Source: Alloascoidea hylecoeti (taxonomy: Eukaryota). Taken from it: DNA of 64,000 nt. Location: the NCBI GenBank assembly GCA_001600815.1, contig BCKZ01000016.1, forward strand, positions 175,077-239,076, in the 5' to 3' direction. Of the stretch, positions 46,569 through 59,790 are shown in pieces. The translations under genes and the position numbers were made by a program. Below the pieces are notes generated by a model. It searched no databases, was not told where the DNA came from, and saw only the letters and a list, made by a program, of their open reading frames with translations. The stretch's first letter is position 1. Every line of letters starts with the position of its first letter.

Positions 46569-49500
46569 ATGGTTCTATTGAGTATCAACCAGTTTGATTA
46601 CTACCTCGCCCAGCCAACTGTGTTGGATCCAACTGATCACAATGGGCGAAAATATAGCCATGTTCCAGTTATCAGAATATATGGAAGAACCGAGAAAGGA
46701 ATATTAGGAGTTTGTCACGTGCATGGAATCATCCCATACCTCTATATTCAATCCACCAACTTGAAAGATCCAAATCATTTCAGGGACGCTGAAGCTGATG
46801 TTCATTCGCAGATAGAGAGGGCTCTCAAATCATTTGTTAGAGCTAGCAAGTTTAACGATAATAAGCAGGAATGGAATTTTGTTGGAGGAGTATCAGTGGT
46901 GAAGGCAACACCTTTTTATGGATTTCATCTCTCTCAGAAGTTTGTATTTAAAGTATGGCTTCTTAATCCAACCCATGTGAGGAAAGTTGCTGATTTGATC
47001 TACAGTGGGTCTATTAAGTCACAGTATCTACTTACAGGTCATGGTTCTCATGTGTACGAAGCTCACCTGTCATACTTGCTACAGTTTATGTGTGATTTTA
47101 ACTTACATGGTTGTAACTGGCTACATTGTCAGAAAGCAGTCGCTAGATCTATTCCAGAATCGCAATCCATAGATCTAGATTTGTTGCCAACTTTATACTT
47201 TCCAAAACATGCTAAGACAGATTTGGAGATAGATATAATCCCACAATGGATATTAAACGCAAAGAGTATACAAAAAAGTTCAATTCACAATGGGTTTTCC
47301 GAATTCTTCAACCCATTGGATCCAGAAACTATTTATCTTTCTTCCACCAAAGAGATTTGGAACAACTTAGCTAAGATACGGCGTGAATTGAATATACCGC
47401 TGTATAAGGAGGAACCAAGAATTGCATCATGTTCAAGCTTAGCTAAACATATGGATATGACATGGTACGCACAGGGTGAGTTATTGGAACAGTTTGAACA
47501 ATGTGTAGAAGAAAATACTAGACCGTTCAAAAGACAAGGGATAAAGCCAGATTATGAAAATTTGTCCACAAACTTACCATTTGAAGAACAGGTTGAAAAT
47601 GCGAGTGATAGCCTGTTCCATATACTAAAAACTGATAGTATGATCATGGAGGACTTATTATTGTTAAGAAATAAAGAACAAGCAACTGAAAGCGAAAACA
47701 AGGAAATGAACGAGAGCTTTATTGAGATAGAAAGACTCATAGAAGAAGAAGAAGAAGAAGAAGAAGAAGAAGAAGAAGAGAACGAAATGAAGGAAAATAT
47801 GCTAAACCACCAAAATGAAATCGAGGAATGTTACAAAGATTTAATGGATTTGGTTGAAACCAATGACCCTGGAAGTATATCTTTATCTGATGATGAAGTC
47901 AATAATAAAAGCAGTCATAAATTACCAACTCCAGGTTCTCAACAAAACTCCAGTTACAAAAGACAAGTAAGTATTATCAGTATTTATATCTATTATTAAA
48001 ATATAATAACTTACTAATTTTTTATTGAATTTATAGCACTCATTTCCAACTCAACATCCCTCAAATCTAGTAGTTTCATCTTCTCATTACCATAAACGCC
48101 ACTCATCCACACTTCAGTCAACATCGTTCAAAATTAAAGACATTCATTTAACCTCCCCATTTGTAATTTATTCCCAAGTTCCACCTCATCCATCTTTTAT
48201 ACTTGACGATTTCAAGTATTATCATATCCCTCGACATATCTATCCCGAACCACATTATTCTAAGAAAGATGATGCTCCCAAGAAAAATATTGACTATGCT
48301 GGAGTAAAATTTAATGTTAAAACTGATTCAATTGAAGACCTCGATGACTTTCAATTTGGAGATGAGACGGAACACAAGAGAATAGCCGGAACGGAGTGTT
48401 TCAGACGGATACGGGAACGTAAAAATGAACTTAAACTCTTGAAGAATTTGATGTTTGGAGAAAGCATAGATGTTGACAAACAGGATACAATTAAAACACA
48501 CTGGAGATATGTACATGAACCTCCCACATACGGAGATGTTGTGGATTGGCTACTTAATCTGAAAAACAAGAAAGTCACAAATAGCTTTAGTGATTGCAAC
48601 ATTAATACCAATTTTGATCTTGGTCATATTAACTTGGCTGCGAGTGACAGGAGAACTTTTGATAACACTCAATTGCATACCCCTAGGAAACATCATTTCA
48701 AATACCCAACCCCAAAGAAATACAAACCCCAACAGACCCCGATTGAAAATAATAATAGTTCTTCCTCGTTTTCTAATCCGGACTCCATTTTAAATAATGA
48801 TGTTAATTTCCAAGATATGAGTTTAATGTGCATGGAATTGTTCATCCAAACTCGCGAGGATTATTATCCAGATCCTGAGAAAGATGCTATTAGGGGAATA
48901 TTCTGGAAAATTAGAGATACAAGTTTATTGGATCGATTCGGGATCAGTGAGGAAGAAGGGATTTTAATCTGTCAAAATAACAATAGCGAGGATCAATATA
49001 TTGATGATGACCATCATTTAATAGCGCTTTATGATCAAATATCCACACAAATGCAGATTACAATAGAACATTTTGGCAGCGAAAAGCAAATGCTAGAAAG
49101 ATTAATCGAGTTAGTGAATTTATTAGATCCAGACATTCTCTCCGGCTTTGAAATTCATAAAAGTTCATGGGGATATCTTATCGATAGGGCATCGAAGTTT
49201 CATGATATTGAAATAAATAAAGAATTATCAAGATTATCAGACCTTTCAAAGTTACAATCAGAAAAGAAATTAAAAAAGGGACAATGGGGAAGGAGAATTG
49301 ATAAATGGGGCCTTAAAATAGCATCCGGTCTCAAAGTACAAGGCAGGCATCTTTTAAACGTATGGAGACATTTGAGATCGGACTTAAATTTATTGGGGTA
49401 TTCTTTCGAAAATGTCGTTTTTCATCTGCTCCATGAAAGGGTCCCGCACTACTCTTATAGAACCATGACACAGCTGTTTAACTCACGCTTAACTTCGGAA

Positions 49501-51441
49501 AAAGAACTACTGATAAGACATATCATAAAAATAGTAAGATTATCTTTAATTATCATTGATACTCAGAGGTTAATCTCGAGAACAGAAGAACAAGCGCGAT
49601 TAATTGGCATTGACTTTTATTCAGTTTTCACAAGGGGATCCCAATATAATGTTGAATCTTTATTATTTCGTTTAACCAAAGCCGAAAATTATATCTTATT
49701 ATCACCCTCGAAAAAGCAGGTGTCCAAGCAAGATGCATTAGAATGCTTGCCTTTGGTGATGGAGCCAGAATCTAAATTTTACACATCCCCTTTGGTTGTT
49801 TTAGATTTCCAAAGTTTATATCCATCAGTTATGATTGCCTATAATTACTGTTATTCAACCTGCCTAGGAAGGTTAAAGAATAATATATCCTCTCATAGTA
49901 AAAATAAGTTAGGAGTCGAGACAAATTTAAATATACCCTCGGGATTATTGGAGTTATTAAAAAATGATATAACAATATCACCCAACGGTCTGATGTTTGT
50001 TAAACCAACAATTAGAAAGTCAACTTTATCAAAATTGTTAGCCGAAATGTTAGATACTCGAATAATGGTTAAATCTGCAATGTCTAAATATCCATCAACA
50101 GAGTTAGAATTGAAAAAGACAGCAGACAATAGGCAATTAGCCTTAAAACTTATAGCTAATGTCACTTATGGATATACGGCAGCTACATTTTCGGGTCGAA
50201 TGCCATGCACGGAAATTGCTGATAGTATTGTTCAAACAGGAAGAGAGACTCTAGAGAAAGCAATTGATTTGATTCAAAGTAACGAAGATAAATGGGGCGG
50301 ACAAGTTGTGTACGGTGATACCGATTCCTTGTTTATAAACTTCCCAGGAAAATCTAAAGAGGATGCTTTCAAAATTGGAAAGGAAATTGCAAACAAAGTA
50401 ACCTCCATGAATCCTGAACCAATAAAATTAAAATTTGAGAAGGTTTACCACCCATGTATACTATTAGCCAAAAAACGATATGTTGGTTACTCATACGAAT
50501 CTGAAGATCAGAAGGTGCCCAAGTTTGATGCTAAGGGCATTGAAACTGTTAGAAGAGACGGAACTCCAGCACAACAGAAGATAGTGGAGAAGACGTTGAA
50601 AATTTTATTTGATACAACTGATTTATCGGCAGTTAAACGGTATATAACTGACCAGTTCTCAAAAATAATGCTGGGCACGGTATCGGTTCACGATTTTTGT
50701 TTTGCAAAAGAGGTTAAATTAGGTACTTATAAAAAAAGTGGTAATATCCCTCCTGGTGCCCTATTATCTGCACAAAAAACGGAAGAAGATCAACGTGCCG
50801 AGCCGGAGTTTAAGGAGCGGATCCGATATGTTGTTATTAAGAAGAAATTGGGTACACGATTAAAAGATCGTTGCGTCTTGCCATCCACAATGATTAATGA
50901 TGCCTCATTGCAATTGGACAGTGCTTACTATATCGAAAAGAACATTATACCCCCATTGGAAAGAATTTTCAATGTTATGGGAGTTAACGTTAAACAATGG
51001 TACGATGACATGCCAAAGATGTCTTCATTACAACCTACTGCTGCAGTCCCATCACTGGTAGAAGAATCACTGACAACAATATCTACTGATCTTGACAATA
51101 ATAAATATTTGCACACCTTTACACAATCTCAAACTTGTGTTTCTTGTCATGAACCATTGGAGATTGATGATAAATGTTCAAGCTTATGCCCTTCCTGTTT
51201 ATCTTCAAAAGATACAGCTATTAATAACTTGATGCTTCGTGTTAAAATACATGAGAAACAGTATTTTGAAATTGAATCGTTGTGCCGGTTTTGTATCAAT
51301 ACATCACATGGAACGAATCATACGGTTCAGTGCACATCAGAGGATTGCCCTTTATATTACAAAAGAGTGAGAACGAAGAGAAGATTAGAGTTATGTAAAC
51401 TTATGGAAGTGAGGACACTGGAAGAATTATCAGACTGGTGA
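46569..51441 (+). CDS. REV3: DNA polymerase zeta catalytic subunit; intron 47967-48036
   Basis: VPVIRIYG, LDFQSLYPS, KLIANVTYGY, YGDTDS, C-terminal Cys motifs; intron GTAAGT..TACTAAT..TAG joins the two track ORFs in frame. Confidence 0.96.
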
Positions 51442-51598
51442 AATTTCATCGCAAAAAGTGTATTTTCAGCTTGAGATAACTTATAATTACAACTTAAAGT
51501 CATATGATTTTGCCCAAACCTGTAGATTTTGAGATTTGAATGATTGTAGAATAATATAACTCTTTTGCCATGGTAATAATTAGTTAGCTAATAGCTAT

Positions 51599-51724
51599 TA
51601 TGAGCAGCCCGGTTCTAATAATCAAGGTGAAAACATCCAATCTGGTGAGGATCGAACCTGCGACCTGCATTTGTATTAAGAATGGCGCAGGGAACGGAAC
51701 TTTCTACTAAATATGGCCGAAACC
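51599..51724 (-). ncRNA. Divergent 5S rRNA-derived sequence with internal tRNA-type B-box (pseudogene or novel Pol III locus)
   Basis: GGTTTCGGCCATATTTAGTAGAAAGTTCCGTTCCCTG matches the recalled S. cerevisiae 5S 5' end at 29/37 ungapped; later anchors CCTCACC, TTGGATG, TCACC, GCTGC; GGTTCGATCC at 51658-51649. Confidence 0.6.
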
Positions 51725-51809
51725 GAAGATCTAAATGTTACCCGGAAATGTTGTTTATATTCCAATGTCTCTTCATTGTCCTTCGGTTCATCTAATACCT
51801 CCATATATA

Positions 51810-54573
51810 ATGACTGGAGAGGAAGCTATTTTCCGTAAGTACCAAATACCATTTCCTTTTTATTACGCCTCAGAGGCTTATAGAAATATATTTCTGTCAC
51901 CATCTCTTAAAATGTTTGACATCAGAAGGATGAAAAGAAGATGAAACCTTTATTCTCATTGTCCAACCTTATGATCAATACTAAATGAAAATTATTCTAG
52001 GCTCTGCGGAAATGACACTCGTTCAATTTTACTTTACAAAAGAAACAGTTAGAGATATTGTGTCTGCACTTGGTGAACTTGGCCTTGTCCAGTTTCGTGA
52101 CTTAAATGCGAAGGTAAATGCGTTTCAACGAAGCTTTGTGAAGGAAATTAGAAGACTTGATAACACCGAAAGACAGTTGCGTAAGTTAAGAAATGCCTGT
52201 GTATAATCTGGGTTAATACTAACATTCATTTCAAAAGGATTATTTGCTACTGAGATTTCAAGCCATGGCTTAGTTGTAGGACCATCTCCATATCAGGATG
52301 ACCTTACAGCCCCCAAACCTGGTGATATAGATGATCTAGTTCAAAGCGCACAATTTTTAGAACAAAGACTGAATGAGTTGCTCGAAAACTCTGAGGATTT
52401 GCAAAAGAAGAAAATGCAGTTACTTGAAAGGAGATATGTACTAAATACTGCGGATAATTTCTTTGCTCGAGCAAATGAAGACCCAAAACTTGCAAGAGTA
52501 TCACTGGACACAGATGTCAGCGATTCTGCACCCTTATTGCTGGATGACCACTTAGAACAAGGTAACGGTAACAGCAACGGTAACAGCAACGGTAACAGCA
52601 ACGGGGGTGAACATCATTTGGCTAGGTCCTCAACACTGCAGAATATTAATTTTGTTTCAGGTGTGATCGCTCGTAATAAGATTGCTTCAATGGAGAAAAT
52701 ATTATGGAGAACATTAAGAGGTAACTTGTATCTCTATCAATCTGAAATCCAAGAACCTATTTATGATCCAAGCACCAAGAAGGATATCGACAAAAATGTT
52801 TTTATTGTTTTTTCCCATGGTTCCGAAATCATCTCTAAAATCAAGCGTATTGTGGATGCCTTAGACGGTGACTTGTATACTGTTGACCAAAGTAGAGATT
52901 TGCGTAAGGAAGAACTTCAAGAACTAAACACCAACCTTGATGAAGTAAACACTGTCCTCGGAAACACAAATTTGGTGCTTCATACCGAATTGTCTTTAGT
53001 CGCTGAAAAATTGACTAACTGGTCTGTTACGATTAAAAAGGAAAAAGCAATCTATGGAGCACTGAACCTTTTTAACTATGATCAACAAAGAAAGTGTTTG
53101 ATTGCTGAAGGTTGGGTTCCAAAAGATGACATTGATCGTATCAAAACAACTTTAAGAAATGCCGCAGAACGTATTGGTTCGGAACCACCTGGTATGATAG
53201 AGTTGGAGACAAATAGATCCCCGCCAACTTTTCATAGAACTAATAAGTTCACAAGCGCTTTTCAATCCATTTGCGACGCCTATGGAATTGCTAGCTATAG
53301 GGAAGTTAACCCCGGCTTACCTACTATTGTAACATTCCCTTTTATGTTTGCAATTATGTTTGGTGATTTGGGTCATGGATTTGTTATGTCGTTGGCCGCC
53401 TTAGTTTTAGTCCTTAACGAGAAAAAAATTGGTGCTATGAAGAATAGGGATGAGATCTTTGATATGGCCTACTCTGGTCGTTATATCCTACTATTGATGG
53501 GAACTTTTTCGATGTATACAGGTTTCTTATACAATGATATATTTTCTAAAACTATGACAATTTTCCAGTCAGGATGGTCATGGCCTGATAGTTGGGAATT
53601 AGGTGAAACTATCTTTGCTCACCAGACTGGTGTGTACTCATTTGGTTTAGATCCAGCATGGCATGGAACCGAGAATTCTCTGATTTTCTCCAATTCGTAT
53701 AAAATGAAGCTTTCTATTTTGATGGGGTTTATTCATATGTCTTATAGTTATATGTTCTCATTGGTTAATCATTTACATTTCAAGTCACCAATTGACATCA
53801 TTGGAAATTTCATTCCTGGTTTACTTTTCATGCAAGGTATTTTCGGCTACCTATCCATTTGTATTGTTTACAAATGGTCTGTCGATTGGATTAGCATTGG
53901 TAAACCGGCACCTGGTTTACTCAACATGTTGATTTCTATGTTTTTATCACCAGGGACAGTTACTGAAGAGCTTTACCCAGGACAAGCACGACTTCAGGTT
54001 TTCCTAGTTATACTTGCACTCATCTGCATTCCGTGGTTATTGCTTCTGAAACCTTTATATTTTCGACATAAAATTAATCAAAAAAATCAACACCAATATC
54101 AACAATTAACAGAAACTTCGGGAAATAATGGTATTTCTGGAGAACTTGAACAAGAGATCGATGATGAAGAAGAAGGACATCATGAAGAATTTGGTGACAT
54201 AATGATACATCAAGTTATTCATACAATTGAATTTTGTTTGAATTGTGTCTCGCACACAGCCTCTTATCTTCGTTTATGGGCGTTGTCTCTTGCTCACGCA
54301 CAATTGTCATCTGTGTTATGGACGATGACGATTCAGAATGCCTTCTCCACGACCGGTACACTTGGCGTCATTATGACTGTTCTTCTTTTTGCCATGTGGT
54401 TTAGTTTAACAATTTGCATTTTGGTTGTTATGGAAGGTACATCAGCAATGTTACATTCACTTCGTTTGCATTGGGTTGAGTCGATGTCGAAGTTCTTTGA
54501 AGGTGAGGGAACTTTATTTGTTCCTTTTTCCTTTGAACAGGCTTTACAAGAAGATGAAGAAGCATCAACATAA
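51810..54573 (+). CDS. VPH1: V-ATPase V0 subunit a; exons 51810-51834, 52001-52180, 52238-54573
   Basis: Spliced [49 protein letters not shown]. Confidence 0.93.
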
Positions 54574-54887
54574 ACTTTATATATTATATACATAGGTAAA
54601 GATAACAGAACATGTATAGCGTTAATTTGAATCTAAAAAAAATACAACATTTAAATTTCACCATCTATCTTATATGTTTCTGAGATAGACTTCTATACAG
54701 TAAAAAGGGACGTAATGTAAATATGGGGAGATTGGGCCCAAGATCGATGTACTCACTTTAGATATTAAAAGGCAGTAATTTAGACAAATATTAAGGTTAC
54801 GGGAAAACTTTTTCAACCAACGTGAAAGTTTACTTTTCCTATTTTTAACCCACCCCACTCATTATTTTTCAGTTTTCAACAATCTGA

Positions 54888-56651
54888 ATGGCACGGATAG
54901 CAGGCACGGTAAAATATGGCATATACAAGTCTATTCTCCTTCTATCATCGCTAGTTCCAGCCTTGTGCATCCCTTTACGCCTTCATGCGAAAGAGTTAAT
55001 CAACAATATTAATGAAGACAAACTGTCAGAGACCGATGAGAACACGGGTTCTCACATGTATCTTAATATATGCATTTCCATTGTACTGGTGCTTTTGGGT
55101 GGTGTTATGGCCGGCCTGACACTGGCATTGATGGGTCAAGATACTGTGTATTTGAAAGTCATTGGGCAATCAGGAGAGCCACACGAACGAACGGCAGCAA
55201 AAAAGGTACTGAAACTTCTCGACAAAGGCAAACACTGGGTTCTAGTTACACTACTTCTTGGAAATGTTATCACAAATGAAACCCTACCAATCGTGCTTGA
55301 CAATTGTCTAGGAGGGGGCTGGCTCGCTGTCGTGTTTTCGACCGTTTCAATTGTTATTTTTGGAGAAATAATCCCCCAGAGTGTTTGCGTTAGATATGGA
55401 TTATCTATTGGTGCTGCCTTTACCCCCTTTGTTCTTTTTTTGATGTATTTAATGTATCCGGTAGCTTATCCAACTTCTATGTTGCTTGACTACTTACTTG
55501 GTGAGGACCATGGTACGATATATAAACGGGCGGGGTTGAAATCCCTTGTTACATTACACAAATCAATGGGAACAGCTGTTGAAAGGCTGAATGAAGATGA
55601 AGTAGTGATTATTTCCGCTGTATTGGATCTAAAGTCCAAGCCAGTTCAACACGTTATGACTCCAATCAAAGATGTTTATACTCTATCCTCCGATACAATT
55701 CTAAATGACCCAACTATCGAAGAGATTCTTAATACGGGATTTAATAGAATTCCGATTCATGTTCCCAATGAGCCTACAAACTTCATTGGTATGCTACTTG
55801 TCAGAATCTTAATTAGTTATGACCCAGAAGATTCGCTCCCTATATCATCATTTCCATTGGCAACCCTACCAGAGACAAATACTCATACATCTTGCTTGAA
55901 TATACTTAATTATTTCCAGGAAGGCAGATCGCATATGATGGTAGTCAGTGAAACTCCCGGCGAACCTACTGGTGCATTAGGTGTTGTTACATTGGAGGAT
56001 GTCATTGAAGAACTAATTGGAGAGGAAATCGTTGATGAATCAGATGTCTACGTGGATGTCCATAATGCCATCAGAAGGATTGAACCAGGACCGCTGTCCA
56101 AAAGCAAATTGAAAACGTACTATGCCCAATTACAGCGATATGGAAGTAATCAGTCAACATCTGGTAATAACTATAATAGCATCTTACAGGATATCAATGA
56201 TAATTCTATTTCTAATAATCAATTTAATGGTATACCAAAACTTGGACCATCTAATAAAGCATCTAATCCACTTATCACTGCTAATCCAAATGTCACTATA
56301 AAGAAGGCTTCAGTTGATCCAAAAGTCCAGAAATCGATGATAAATAATCCTCTCACTAGCATTCTTGGTGGAACCAAAACTGGAGGTAATAATTGCAACT
56401 CAATGAAGAAAACAGAAAAGGATGTCGTTAAAGAAGCGCATTTGCAGCATAAAGATAAATATAGAACACCAAATGAACGAGACAGCTTATTAGAACATGC
56501 TGATGGAAAGTATACTGACGACCAAGTTCATGATTTAGATCATGAAGATATTGAGCATCGTAGGTATAGGACGGGAGGAATAGTGGAAAGTGTTAGACAG
56601 GTACACGGTATCCATAAAACTGTTGTCGAAAGCGATGAAACATTAAGGTGA
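54888..56651 (+). CDS. MAM3: CNNM/DUF21-CBS metal homeostasis protein
   Basis: GLTLALMGQD, HWVLVTLLLGNVITNETLP, FGEIIPQ, TLEDVIEELIGEEIVDESD. Confidence 0.92.
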   Translation: MARIAGTVKYGIYKSILLLSSLVPALCIPLRLHAKELINNINEDKLSETDENTGSHMYLNICISIVLVLLGGVMAGLTLALMGQDTVYLKVIGQSGEPHERTAAKKVLKLLDKGKHWVLVTLLLGNVITNETLPIVLDNCLGGGWLAVVFSTVSIVIFGEIIPQSVCVRYGLSIGAAFTPFVLFLMYLMYPVAYPTSMLLDYLLGEDHGTIYKRAGLKSLVTLHKSMGTAVERLNEDEVVIISAVLDLKSKPVQHVMTPIKDVYTLSSDTILNDPTIEEILNTGFNRIPIHVPNEPTNFIGMLLVRILISYDPEDSLPISSFPLATLPETNTHTSCLNILNYFQEGRSHMMVVSETPGEPTGALGVVTLEDVIEELIGEEIVDESDVYVDVHNAIRRIEPGPLSKSKLKTYYAQLQRYGSNQSTSGNNYNSILQDINDNSISNNQFNGIPKLGPSNKASNPLITANPNVTIKKASVDPKVQKSMINNPLTSILGGTKTGGNNCNSMKKTEKDVVKEAHLQHKDKYRTPNERDSLLEHADGKYTDDQVHDLDHEDIEHRRYRTGGIVESVRQVHGIHKTVVESDETLR

Positions 56652-56916
56652 AAGCCTCCGACTTTAGGGAATTTTAGTAGACCCCAATTAATTTGTATGA
56701 GTTGTACAATTGCAATAATATGATTATATATATGTACAGTATATACAAGCTATAGAATCATCATCATAATATTAATATATAAAAATATGTATTAAACCTG
56801 GGTATAGAATAAACGAAAAATGTATCGTAGTTAGATCAATATATGGCACGTGATCCGAAAGTTCTACCTTTATAGGACATCTAACACTTATATCCATTAT
56901 AATTCTAGCCTTTCAA

Positions 56917-59112
56917 ATGTCAAACGACTTGATCAGGGTGGTTGTTTGTGGCGACCAAGGTATGTTTCCTTTCATATATATAGTTATTCGTATAATTAAC
57001 TAATCATTGACTTAGGTGTTGGAAAGTCGAGGTACAAACATGATCTTTATAAATATAACAGACTTCTTATCAATGCTTGCTAACTTACCATGGCCACAGT
57101 TTAATCACTTCTTTGGTGAAAGATGCATTTGTTAAAAGTATCCCAAAAGTGCTACCACCTATAACAATACCGCGAGATTTCTCCTCTCCTTCATTTGAGC
57201 CATTGTCATCTCTGGCTACGGTGGTGGTGGATACTTCAGCCAGACCTAGTGATATGGCTACGCTCCAGAAGGAGATCAGAAGAGCAAATGTTATATGGCT
57301 GGTGTATTCAGATCACTTTTCCTATGAAAGAATATCGCTTTATTGGATGATGCTCTTCAGATCATTGGGCGTAAATGTAAGAAATTCATACTCCCATAAA
57401 TATCTGTGAACTTTCAGTCGGATCATATATTAATCAGTAATACTATAACATCAGCTGCCTATAGTTCTATGTGCTAATAAATCAGATCTTACTCCACCAA
57501 ATGAAGTCGATTATGTCATAACTGAAGAATTTATCACCACCATGAAGGAATACAAAGAAATTGAATCATGCATCAGATGTAGCGCAAAAGATCACTATAA
57601 TGTTAACCAGGCATTTTATCTTTGTCAAAGAGCAGTCACTCATCCCATTTCTCCGCTTTATGATTCAAAAGAAGGAGCTTTGAAGCCGGCTGCTGTGAGC
57701 GCACTCCAAAGAATATTTTGTAAGCTTTTAATAAAGTATTTTTTCTTTATTATTTTTATTTGTGTTTTTAACACGTTTTTTTCTTTCTTTCGGATATAGT
57801 TTTATTTGATAGAGATCAAGATGGTATCCTGAGTGACTCTGAAATGTTAGATCTTCAAAATAAATGCTTTAACAAAGGCCTGGATCATAATGATCTAAAT
57901 GAAATAAAATCAACGTTGTTCAAGGCAGGTCCTAATCTTTGTTCAGAAATCGGAATCACGCTTGAAGGTTTCATTCAACTGAATAAGATATTCGCGGAGA
58001 AAGGTCGCCATGAAACAACGTGGGGAATTCTCCGTACCTTTCATTACACTGACTCTTTATCCCTTAAAAATGAATTTTTATATCCAAAAATTAATGTATA
58101 TCCCCATTCCAGCGTTGAATTGAGCCCAATCGGATACAGATTTTTGGTCGATTTATTTATTTTGTTTGATAAGGATAACGACGGTGGTTTGAATGAAGAT
58201 GAACTTGATAATTTGTTTAAATCAACCCCAGGTATTCCTAAACTTTGGCAAGAATCTAACTTTCCCCAAACTACAGTTAAAAACGAACAGGGGTTTATAA
58301 CATTACAGGGCTGGTTAGCTCAATGGAGTATGACAACTTTTCTTGAACATAAAACAACGTTGGCATATCTTGCGTATCTAGGGCTAGAGAGGACGGTCGA
58401 TGCTTTGAAGGTAACCAAACCCCGGAAAATAAGGATGCGGAACGGAAAGTCATATAGAGCAGCGGTTAATGATAGAACCGTTTTTAATTGTTTTGTTCTT
58501 GGTGCAAGCAGTAGTGGAAAATCATCTTTGTTAGATGCTTTCTTGGCTCGGCCTCTTACTGAAACTTATAATCCTACCATTAAATCTCAAATGGTTGTGA
58601 ATAGTGTGGAGATGAGAGGGGGCAAACAATGCTATTTAATTCTCGAAGAGTTCGGTGAATTAGAGCCCGCTATACTGGAAAACCAAGCAAAGTTAGACGA
58701 ATGCGATGTTCTATGCTACATGTATGATTCGTCAAATCCAGAAAGTTTTGGACATTTAGTTGAATTGAGAGAAAAATATCCACATTTAGATCAAGCACCA
58801 GCGATATTTGTTGCATCAAAAGCTGATCTCGATCGCCAACAACAACGATGTGCTATACAACCTGATGCATATACCAGAGATTTGTATATACCTGCTCCGC
58901 TTCATGTTTCGGTTAAATGGGCTACATCTTTAAATGAATTATTCGTTCAGATCACCGAAGCTGCACAGGCGCCCACCTCTTGTACACCTGGGTTGGAACC
59001 AGAGCCTGAGACAGATACAATGTCACCGATAATCTTAACTAGTACTGCAGTTGGTTTAATGGGATTAATGGCTCTATGGATCTGGGGAAATTCAATGCAA
59101 CATTCATTATAA
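56917..59112 (+). CDS. GEM1: Miro GTPase Gem1; exons 56917-56959, 57016-57031, 57100-57376, 57455-57719, 57800-59112
   Basis: Spliced [19 protein letters not shown] hands DRDQDG and DKDNDG, second GTPase domain, C-terminal TM. Confidence 0.95.
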
Positions 59113-59790
59113 AATCTCAGTGTAGGATCTCTAACTTTATTTTATGATCAGAAGCCATCTTTAAATATCTTTCTAATTATAAGTTATGTCTAAGTTAAGT
59201 TATAGAATCAACAAAATCTATTTTCAATTGAACTTGCAGAATTGATCCTTGATTTCGAAGTTTTGTTTCCAAATTTCTGGTTCCTGTACAATCTTTTTGA
59301 AAGGTTATTGATAATTCTTACATCCTTAAGAAAACTCATGTAACTATTATAACGCTCTCAAACTAAACTGTTTATCCGTGGCAGTGAACCTCAGAGGTAG
59401 TAGATATCTATATAACGGCGGTAGCTATAGCTATATTTTAACAGCTATAACTTTTTTTTCCTTATAGAAGTATTATAGTATCTTTCAGATTGGAGGTTTT
59501 AAACGCAGACTATATCTAACTACAGCTTTGTATCGTGTGCTTTATTTCTGTATCCAATACAATCAACGAGAGTTCAACTAATATGGTGAAGATAAAGAAA
59601 TAAAGAAATTAATTATATATATATTATAATATGCTCTATCATATTATTATATTTATAAGATTGTAATTTCCATTGCCTATATAACATTTATAGCTAGTGA
59701 CGTGACGTGAAGTGTAACTTTCTTTGGTATTCAAATAAACTAAAAAGTTATGACTTATGCATAAATCTATGATTCTATTTACTACTAGAA

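Noticed and set aside
47967..48438. REV3 split into two genes or frameshifted
   Set aside because: A canonical 70-nt intron restores one frame.
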